From: an uncultured delta proteobacterium
Lineage (GTDB): Bacteria; Myxococcota_A; Polyangia; Polyangiales; JAFGIB01
Assembly: GCA_963778655.1 (NCBI GenBank)
Contig: CAVZVA010000004.1
Span: forward strand, 1-18,124
DNA: 18,124 nt
Direction of reading: 5' to 3'
The notes under the pieces were generated by a model. That model was not told where the DNA came from. It made no database searches and worked only from the letters and a program-made list of their open reading frames with translations. Within the stretch, counting starts at the first letter, position 1. Each line of letters begins with the position of its first letter. The position numbers and the translations under genes were made by a program. Of this stretch, positions 1 to 6,810 are shown in pieces.

Positions 1-1034
1 AGCACCGAAACCATCCCCAGGATCGCCTGGCCCAGCCGGCGCCGCCGCGAGGCCAGCACGCCGAGCGGCACCGCGCACAGCACCGCAGCGGCGAGCGAGC
101 TGCCGCACAGCGCCAGGTGATCGACGGTGTGACGCCACAGCCCCGCGAGCGCGGAAACCCGCGGCGGCCGGACCCGCAGGTGCAGCTGCTGCGCCAACAG
201 CCCGGCGGCCACCTCGGCCTCCGGGCGGCGCCCGATCTTGACCGCAGCGTTGAGCCGTTGCATGCGCGCAGCATCGAGCCGGCCGGCCAGGCGCTCGATC
301 GCGGCGAAGGCCTGCGGGTGCGCGCGCACGAACGCCGCGCGGTACACGAACAGCGCCTGGTACTTGGGGAAATACCCGCGGTCGTCGCGCAGCACGCGCA
401 ACCCGAGCCGCTGGATCTCGGCGTCGGTAGAATACAGGTCGGTGACGTCGATGTCGCCGCGCGCGAGCGCGCGATAGGCGAGCTCGTGGTCAAGGCCGCG
501 CAGGTGCTCCGCGGACAGCCCGTAGCGGGCGCGCAGCCCGGGCCAGCCGTCGGCGCGCGCGAGAAACTCCGAGGTCAGGCCCAGCTCGAGCTCGGGGTGG
601 CGGGCGAGATCGGAGATGCTGGCGATGCCGAGCGCGGCCGCGCGCGCCTCGCGCATGCCCAGCGCGTAGCTGTCGTCGAAGCCCAGCACCGCACCCATGC
701 GCACGCCGCGGGCCGCCAGCGCCGCGCGCATTTGCTGCACGGAGAGCGCGGGGTCGCGCAGGATCTCCTGGGCCAGGGTGCCGGTGTACTCGGGATAGAG
801 GTCGATGTCGCCGTGCAACAGCGCGCTCCACAGCACGCGCGTCCCGCCGAGCTCGCGGCGGTGCACAACCGGGATGCCGCTGCTCGCGCACAGCGCGCGC
901 GCCATCTCCGAGAGCAGCACCGACTCGGTGAACTTCTTGGAGCCGATGCGGACCGCCTGCGGCGGCGCCGTCTGGCACGCACCCAGGGCCAACGCCAGCA
1001 GCGCCAGCTGCCACGCCGCGCCGCGGCCGCTCAC
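1..1034 (-). CDS. Osmoprotectant (glycine betaine/choline/proline) ABC transporter, substrate-binding domain fused to permease; 3' end runs off the window
   Basis: Not in the ORF track because it has no stop inside the window. GTG at 1034 overlaps the ATPase stop (GTGA). Hand translation gives MSGRGAAWQLALLALALGACQTAPPQAVRIGSKKFTESVLLSEMA...LGGTRVLWSALLHGDIDLYPEYTGT, which carries the OpuAC-type GSKxFTE and DxYPEYTGT motifs. The same frame at 140-1 reads LWRHTVDHLALCGSSLAAAVLCAVPLGVLASRRRRLGQAILGMVSV, the start of a ProW/OpuBB-type permease. Confidence 0.9.
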   Translation of the reverse strand, partial: MSGRGAAWQLALLALALGACQTAPPQAVRIGSKKFTESVLLSEMARALCASSGIPVVHRRELGGTRVLWSALLHGDIDLYPEYTGTLAQEILRDPALSVQQMRAALAARGVRMGAVLGFDDSYALGMREARAAALGIASISDLARHPELELGLTSEFLARADGWPGLRARYGLSAEHLRGLDHELAYRALARGDIDVTDLYSTDAEIQRLGLRVLRDDRGYFPKYQALFVYRAAFVRAHPQAFAAIERLAGRLDAARMQRLNAAVKIGRRPEAEVAAGLLAQQLHLRVRPPRVSALAGLWRHTVDHLALCGSSLAAAVLCAVPLGVLASRRRRLGQAILGMVSV

Positions 1035-1825
1035 GGCGCCTCGCCGGCGCCGGTCGCGAGCGCGCCGCGTTGCGCCGAGACGAAGCGCTGGACGAACGCG
1101 TCGGCCGGGCGCTCCAGCAGATCGCGGAACGGGCCGCGCTGGACGATCTGGCCGCCGCGCATCAGCGCCACCCAGTCGCCGAAGTGCGCGGCCTCGCCGA
1201 GGTCGTGGGTGACCAGCAGCACCGTCTTGCCGAGCGCGCGAAAGATCTCGCGCAGCTCCTGTTGCAGCTCGGCGCGCGTGATCGGGTCGAGCGCGCCCAG
1301 CGGCTCGTCGAGCAACAGCACGCTGGGATCGAGCACCAGCGCGCGCATCAGGCTGACGCGCTGGCGCTCGCCGCCGGAGAGCTCCGCGGGGTAGCGCGCG
1401 AGCGAGCGCTCCGGCAGGCGCACCAGCTCGCGCAGCTGCCCGATGCGCTGCTGTACGCGCGCGGCGGGCCAGCGCAAGTAGCGCGGCATCAGCGCCACGT
1501 TCTCCCGCGCGCTCAGGTGCGGGAACAGGCCGCCGTCCTGGATCACGTAGCCCATGCGCAGCCGTAGCGGCTGTGCGCTGGCCGCGTCCACCCGCTGCCC
1601 GTCGAAGCGCACCTCGCCGGCATCGGGCGACAGCAGCCCGATCACCAGGCGCAGCACCGTGGACTTGCCCGAGCCGCTGAGCCCGATCAACACGCCGGTC
1701 TGCCCCTGCGCGAGCGCGAGATCGACACCGCGCAGCGCCTCGGCCGCGCCGAAGCGCTTGCTCACCCCGCGCAGCTCGAGCAGCGCGGGCGGCGCGTCGG
1801 TCGCGGTCTGCTGCGGGCTCACCAT
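1031..1825 (-). CDS. ABC transporter ATP-binding subunit, osmoprotectant (OpuA/ProV-like) family, no CBS domains
   Basis: Walker A GLSGSGKST, Q-loop GYVIQDGGLFPH (typical of this family), signature LSGGERQRV, Walker B LLLDEPLGALDP, H-loop VTHD. The ATG at 1825 (MVSPQQ) is preferred to the track start at 1864. Confidence 0.93.
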   Translation of the reverse strand: MVSPQQTATDAPPALLELRGVSKRFGAAEALRGVDLALAQGQTGVLIGLSGSGKSTVLRLVIGLLSPDAGEVRFDGQRVDAASAQPLRLRMGYVIQDGGLFPHLSARENVALMPRYLRWPAARVQQRIGQLRELVRLPERSLARYPAELSGGERQRVSLMRALVLDPSVLLLDEPLGALDPITRAELQQELREIFRALGKTVLLVTHDLGEAAHFGDWVALMRGGQIVQRGPFRDLLERPADAFVQRFVSAQRGALATGAGEAP

Positions 1826-1836
1826 CGCGGCGCCAT

Positions 1837-1906
1837 CGTGCGCGCAGCTGCTGCGCGCACGCAACCCTTGCGCGGCGCGCGCGTCCCGCGCTCGTGCGCG
1901 CGCCGC
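1837..1906. repeat. Two adjacent intergenic inverted repeats (hairpins)
   Basis: CGTGCGCGCAGC-T-GCTGCGCGCACG (1837-1861, perfect 12-bp arms) and GCGGCGCGCGC-N13-GCGCGCGCCGC (1872-1906, perfect 11-bp arms). There is no poly-U tail, so a terminator role is not established. Confidence 0.6.
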
Positions 1907-1925
1907 TGCGCCGCCCTCGATTCGC

Positions 1926-4088
1926 TCACTCGGAGTCGGGCTGGTTGCCCTTGGGCTCGGGCGCTGCGTCCGGCGGCGGCGGGGCCTGCGGCGGTGGCGC
2001 TTGGTCCATGGCCCTCAGCCAGTGCGCGGCGTCCTCGCGTGCCGCGGGGTCGGGGTCCTGCGTGGCGAGCCAGTGCAGCAGAGCGCGCGCGTCGGGGCTG
2101 AAGGCCACGGCCGCACGTAGGGCGTGGAAGCGCGCGCACGAAAGGTCGTGCTCCGCGATGCACAGCTCCGCGAGCAGCTCGCGCAGCACCGGTGGCGTGC
2201 GGTCGTCGAGATGCGCGACGGCCGCGCGCGCCAGCGGCAGTAGTGCGGCGCTCTCGACCAGCCGCGCCCGCAGCGCGCGGCGCAGGATGTCCCAGCTGTC
2301 GGGGTCGCCGTCGCGGGCCCAGCGGCCGAGCGCCTGCAGACCCGCAGCGCCCTGACCTCGGGCGAACGCGATCTGCGCGGCGAGCCGATCACGAGCCAGC
2401 GCGAAGCCCTCGGCGCGAGCCCGCCCGGGCAGGCTGCGCGCGCCGGCGGCCAGCTCGTGCTGGCAAGCCACCGCGCGCGAAGCCTGCAGGAAGTCCAGCA
2501 AGGGCGCGGCGCGCAGCGCCCGCAGCCGCGCGATCTCCGCGCCGAGCTCGGCGCCGCCGCCTTCGCAGGCGGCCGGCGCGAGCCAGTGCGCGCCGCACGG
2601 CGCCACCGCGCGCAACGGCAGCGCGTCGGGGCGCGAGACGAAGGTGGTCCACAGCGGGTCGACCGCCACCGGCACGAACGGGGCGCGCAGCTCGCTGCAG
2701 ATGCGGTCGTAGCGCCCCACCACCACGGCGCTCGCATGGTAGCGCCGCGCGGCCAGCTCGAGGCTGCGCACCGAGCGCAGCACGTCGCGCGAGACCGCAA
2801 ACTGCAGCTCGTCGAACAACACCATGGTGCGGCTGTCGACGTAGGTGCGTACGCGCCCGTCGAGCAGAAAGCCGAGGCTGCCGCTGGCGTCGTAGCTGCT
2901 GAGCACGCGGCTGCCGGCGGGCAAGCGCGCGAGGTACTTGGCAGCCGCCAGCGGCAGCTCGCTCTCGGCCAGGCCGAGCGTGCCGAGCGGCCCGATCGAG
3001 GCCTGCGCCCGCGCCAGCACGCGGTAGACCGCGCCCGCCGACAGCAAGCTGCAGCCAACCAGCAGCAGCGTGGCGCCGCGGCGCTCGAAGCGCGCGCACA
3101 GCGCGCTGGCGCCGTGCAGCGCGCCCGGCACGCTCAGCAGGGTGCCGATCGCCAGAAAGCGCACCGACTGGCTGACCACCAGGGCGCCGAGCAACCACAG
3201 CCCGAGCTCGCGCAGCCCGGCGCGCCCGAGCGAGAGCGCACCGGCGAGCGAAAGCAGAGCGGTCAGCAGATAGAGCGGACCGAACAAGTTGCGCGTGGGA
3301 TCGAAGGTACCCCACAGCGGCGGGTGCATCTCGGCGTTGTGCAGCTTGATGTCGCCGGTGGCGTGCTCCAGGCCGTAGCCGATCAGGTGCAGCCCCGAGG
3401 TGCTGGTCAGGCTGGCCAGCAGCAGCAGCAGCAGCAGCGCCAGCGGGCCGGTGCGCTCGGGCCCGGGCTGCGCGCGCACGATCGGCTCGACCAGCATGAT
3501 GGCGGCGATCGGCGGCACCAGCAGGAAGCTGCCGTGCAGCTGGGCCCAGCACAGCGCGAGCAGCGCCGCCCCAAGCCCCCAGCGCAGGCGCCTGGCGCCC
3601 TCGCGCGTGAAGCGGAACAGCAGCCCCAGCAGCAGCGAGGTCGAAAGCAGCGCCACCACCTCGGGCCGCGCGCGCACGCGGCTGGTCATGCAGGCCAGCG
3701 CGAGCCCGCCGACCAGCACGCGGCCGGCGGCCGGCGAAGTGGGCCGGGCAGCGCGCAGCAGAAACAGCAGCGCCAGCGCCGCCGCCAGCCCCAGCGCCGC
3801 GCTGAGCCAGCCGAGCGCGCCGAACCCGCCGGCGCGGTAGCAGAGGTAGGTGATCACGTCCCACAGCCAGGCCGCAACCTCGGTCCTGCGCGCGAGCTCC
3901 GGGAACGCGCTCGGCTCGGGCACCACCCGCGCCATGTGCCGCAGCACCGCCCGACCCTGGCTCAGATGCCAGAACACGTCGGACTCGCGCTCGCGGTGTA
4001 GGCCCACCAGCGCCACGGCCAGGGTGGAGGCGGCGAGAAAGCCGCGCGCCCACAGCTCCGCGATCGGCGTGTTGCGCAGGCTTGGCAT
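1926..4088 (-). CDS. Polytopic membrane protein, putative GT-C-fold glycosyltransferase, with a helical C-terminal domain and Pro-rich tail
   Basis: About 10-11 hydrophobic segments. Motifs ESDVFWHLSQGR after TM1, RARPE, WAQLHGSF, NAEMHPP and SYDASGSL...TYVDSRT resemble the widespread DxxWHLxxG / RPx / WxNxHGxF / FxDGR membrane protein family. The ATG at 4088 (MPSLRN) is preferred to 4247. Confidence 0.7.
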   Translation of the reverse strand: MPSLRNTPIAELWARGFLAASTLAVALVGLHRERESDVFWHLSQGRAVLRHMARVVPEPSAFPELARRTEVAAWLWDVITYLCYRAGGFGALGWLSAALGLAAALALLFLLRAARPTSPAAGRVLVGGLALACMTSRVRARPEVVALLSTSLLLGLLFRFTREGARRLRWGLGAALLALCWAQLHGSFLLVPPIAAIMLVEPIVRAQPGPERTGPLALLLLLLLASLTSTSGLHLIGYGLEHATGDIKLHNAEMHPPLWGTFDPTRNLFGPLYLLTALLSLAGALSLGRAGLRELGLWLLGALVVSQSVRFLAIGTLLSVPGALHGASALCARFERRGATLLLVGCSLLSAGAVYRVLARAQASIGPLGTLGLAESELPLAAAKYLARLPAGSRVLSSYDASGSLGFLLDGRVRTYVDSRTMVLFDELQFAVSRDVLRSVRSLELAARRYHASAVVVGRYDRICSELRAPFVPVAVDPLWTTFVSRPDALPLRAVAPCGAHWLAPAACEGGGAELGAEIARLRALRAAPLLDFLQASRAVACQHELAAGARSLPGRARAEGFALARDRLAAQIAFARGQGAAGLQALGRWARDGDPDSWDILRRALRARLVESAALLPLARAAVAHLDDRTPPVLRELLAELCIAEHDLSCARFHALRAAVAFSPDARALLHWLATQDPDPAAREDAAHWLRAMDQAPPPQAPPPPDAAPEPKGNQPDSE

Positions 4089-4105
4089 CGACGAAGACGC
4101 ACGCC

Positions 4106-4244
4106 ATCGTACGCGCCAGCCGCGAAGCACGAAAGAATTGGGGCGGAGCGGCGAGCGCGGCACCGACCGGCTGCGGGCGACCGCGCCGATCGCGACACAG
4201 CTGCGAGCCCCAAGCTGACGTTGCGTCAGGGATGCGGTTACGAT
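4106..4244. promoter_or_regulatory. Divergent promoter region with candidate -10 boxes and a palindromic site
   Basis: TACGAT on the - strand at 4111-4106, ahead of the ATG at 4088. TACGAT on the + strand at 4239-4244 with CTGACG 18 nt upstream. Perfect inverted repeat CTGACG-TTG-CGTCAG at 4215-4229. Confidence 0.4.
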
Positions 4245-4343
4245 CAAACCGGCGGACGGGCTGCCCTTGCACGGACGGGCGCGCCGTGCTGGCGTTGCTT
4301 CCGGGGAGCGCAGGATGCCACCGTTTCACGATAGGATGGGTGC

Positions 4344-6767
4344 ATGTCCGGGTCGTACCAGTTGCTGCCTCCCGCGTTGGTCTGGGGTCTGTTCAGCCGT
4401 GGCCTCGGCCTGATCTTCCTGATCTCGTTCGTCTCGCTCGCACCGCAGATCGTGCGTGGCGCGGGCCGCGACGGCGGGATCCCGATCTCGCGCCGGCTGC
4501 GCAAGATCAAGCAGGACTTCCCCACCTGGCGCCGGGTGCTCTACTTCCCGACGCTGCTGTGGCTGAGCGACAGCGACGCGATGTTGCGCGCGCTCACACT
4601 GGCCGGTATCGCCGGCTCGGCGCTGGTCATCTACGGCGGGCCGTTCGGCTTCTACGGCTTGCTCGCGTGTTATCTCTGCTACCTCTCGCTCGACCTCGCG
4701 ATCGGCCTGATCTTCCCCTGGGACTGCCTGCTGTTCGAGGCCAGCGTGCTCGGCCTGTTCCTGCCGCCGACCCTGCCGCTGCCGCAGCTAGCCGCGGCCG
4801 AGCCGGCCGCGCCCGCGCTGGCGTGGGCGTTTCGGCTGCTGATCTTCTGCGTGATGTTCGGCTTCGGCAAGCAGAAGTTCATGGGCAGTACGGGCAAAGA
4901 CCTGGCCTACCTCAAGGGCTTCCTGGTCGCGCAGCCGCTGCCCTCGCCGCTCGGCTGGTACGCGCAGAAGCTTCCGGCGGCGCTGCTCAAGCCGCTGGTG
5001 CTGTTCATGTTCTTCACCGAAGTGCCGGCGCCGTTCTTCGCCTTCATCCCCGGCCCGCTGAGCCTGCTGTTCGCGGCGTGCACCGCCTTTCTGATGGTCG
5101 GGATCCAGGCCTTCGGCAGCTTCGGCTATTTCAGCCTGCTCACGATCGTAGGCTGCATTCCACTGCTCGATAACGTCACGCCCACCCAGCTGCACCTGAG
5201 CGAGCTGTTCAGCCCGGGCGCGCCGTTGCTGGTCAACGCCTACGTGGTGCTGCACACGCTCGGAGTCTGCTTGGCGTTTCCCTTCAACAGCTGGGTCGGT
5301 CAGAGCTGGCACCTGTGGTCGGCCTGGTACCGGCTGCCCCGCCTGCTGCAGCTGCCGTTCGCGTTCGCGCGCGTGATGCACCCGTTTCGCTGGCTGCACC
5401 CCTACGGCGTGTTTCCGCCCAACACCGGCCCGGGCGTGAAGATGTCGCTGCTGGTCGAGGTCAGCTGGGACGAGCAGACCTGGCACGAGGCGGACTTCCA
5501 CTTCTCGCCTTCCAATCCCAAGTCGGCACCGAGATTCGTCGCGCCCTACCACCCGCGCGGCGATCAGGCCGTGATCTACGAGACCTTCGGGCTCAACCCC
5601 ACCAGCCTGATCAGCAGCATGTTGGGCCCGTACGATCCGTACAGTTACGGAGGGCAGCCGGCCGCCACCACCCTGGTGCAGCGCATCGTGGAGGGACACG
5701 GCACCGACTTCATGAAGGGCACGGTGCTCAAACGGCACCCCGAGCCGCCGCGCCTGGTGCGACTCAGCACGGTGATGCTGGAGCCCGTCGACCTCAAGCA
5801 GCACTTCGCGACCGGCGACTGGTGGGCGCGCAGCTACATCGGACCGCACACCCCGCCGCGTGGGTTCGATCCGCGCTTCTGGCAGGACCTCCTGCCCGAG
5901 CCGGAGATGTGGCACTTCGACGCGATCTTCTGGCGGCGCCGCTCCAAGCTGCACGGGCTGATGCAGCGCTCGCTCGCGGGCAAGGAAGACCCGCTGGAGT
6001 TGGTGCTGGCCGACGCCGAGCAGCTCGGCCCCGCCGACGTGGAGCGCTTCTGGCAAGAGCTGGTGCCGCTGGTGGGCGGCGCGACCCGGCAAAGCTTCGA
6101 GACCCTGCCCGACGTGGTGGAGCAGGTGCGCTCGCGCTTCGACCGCGCGCAGCAGCGCGCGCTGCAGCGCCTGCTCGGCCGTTTCAGCCTGCTGCTGGTG
6201 GCGCGGCTCGAGCCGCTCTATCTGGGCCGCGGGCTCAAGCCGCTGGTGCCCGCACAGACCTATTTCCACCTGTGGATGCTGGTCCAGCACATCATCGGCA
6301 ACGGGCGCGAGGCCTACCTGCGCGCGATGGCCGATCCCATGTCCGTGACGGCAGAGCTGCCCGCGCTGACGCCGCAGACCGGGCTCTACCTGCTGTCGGT
6401 CTTCCGTTTCGAGTCGATGGTGTTCGAAGCGCAGAAGCTGCGCCTGGTCACCGCCATCTCCGCCCCGCACGAGGAGGAGGAGAAGCGCGCGGTCGCCTAC
6501 GGCACCCAGACCATGACCCCCTTCCAGCAGCGCGTCGCGCAGCTGGCCGGCGCCTTCTCGGGCTTCTTCACCGTGATGCCGTACATCCGCGACAGCTTCC
6601 AGGGTCCGCGCTTCGACCACGGCTTTCCGGAGCTCTATCCCAGCTTCCGCCAGCTCGACTCGGGCGAGGTGGTGGTCCGGGAGCACAAGAAGCCGCCCGC
6701 AGGCGTGCACATCCCGCTCGAGGCCGAATCGGCCGCGGCAGCCGAATCGGCCGCGGCGGCCGAATAG
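4344..6767 (+). CDS. Lipase maturation factor (LMF1) family membrane protein, divergent, with ~300-aa C-terminal extension
   Basis: LMF-like motifs occur in the expected order: LFSRGLGLIFLISF, PTLLWL, FPWDCLLFEA, FRLLIFCVMFGFGKQKF, QPLPSPLGWY, HPYGVF, PRFVAPYHPRGD, WWARSYIG. An AGGA/TAGGAT element lies just upstream of the ATG. Confidence 0.85.
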   Translation: MSGSYQLLPPALVWGLFSRGLGLIFLISFVSLAPQIVRGAGRDGGIPISRRLRKIKQDFPTWRRVLYFPTLLWLSDSDAMLRALTLAGIAGSALVIYGGPFGFYGLLACYLCYLSLDLAIGLIFPWDCLLFEASVLGLFLPPTLPLPQLAAAEPAAPALAWAFRLLIFCVMFGFGKQKFMGSTGKDLAYLKGFLVAQPLPSPLGWYAQKLPAALLKPLVLFMFFTEVPAPFFAFIPGPLSLLFAACTAFLMVGIQAFGSFGYFSLLTIVGCIPLLDNVTPTQLHLSELFSPGAPLLVNAYVVLHTLGVCLAFPFNSWVGQSWHLWSAWYRLPRLLQLPFAFARVMHPFRWLHPYGVFPPNTGPGVKMSLLVEVSWDEQTWHEADFHFSPSNPKSAPRFVAPYHPRGDQAVIYETFGLNPTSLISSMLGPYDPYSYGGQPAATTLVQRIVEGHGTDFMKGTVLKRHPEPPRLVRLSTVMLEPVDLKQHFATGDWWARSYIGPHTPPRGFDPRFWQDLLPEPEMWHFDAIFWRRRSKLHGLMQRSLAGKEDPLELVLADAEQLGPADVERFWQELVPLVGGATRQSFETLPDVVEQVRSRFDRAQQRALQRLLGRFSLLLVARLEPLYLGRGLKPLVPAQTYFHLWMLVQHIIGNGREAYLRAMADPMSVTAELPALTPQTGLYLLSVFRFESMVFEAQKLRLVTAISAPHEEEEKRAVAYGTQTMTPFQQRVAQLAGAFSGFFTVMPYIRDSFQGPRFDHGFPELYPSFRQLDSGEVVVREHKKPPAGVHIPLEAESAAAAESAAAAE

Positions 6768-6771
6768 GCCG
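6723..6771 (+). repeat. 18-bp tandem repeat (~2.7 copies) at the 3' end of the LMF gene
   Basis: GCCGAATCGGCCGCGGCA / GCCGAATCGGCCGCGGCG / GCCGAATAGGCCG, encoding AESAAA AESAAA AE-stop. Confidence 0.85.
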
Positions 6772-6810
6772 GGACCGAGGTCGCAGCCCGGCGCGCCCGC
6801 GCGCAGGGGC

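Noticed and set aside
117..1394. 425-aa + strand ORF and the many other long overlapping ORFs (e.g. 2457-4001 +, 2389-4329 -, 4788-6710 -, 7747-8955 +, 10692-13169 -, 11666-13438 +, 17052-17936 +)
   Set aside because: They are antisense or off-frame shadows of well-supported genes. They are Arg/Ala/Pro/Gly-rich with no motifs, as expected when stop codons are scarce in high-GC DNA.
3417..3437. (CAG)7 trinucleotide run as a possible phase-variation tract
   Set aside because: It encodes Leu7 (CTG) within a TM helix. It is in frame and explained by codon bias.
6723..6771. Palindromic repeats as a mini-CRISPR
   Set aside because: The units are contiguous 18-mers without spacers, lie inside a CDS, and there are no cas genes.
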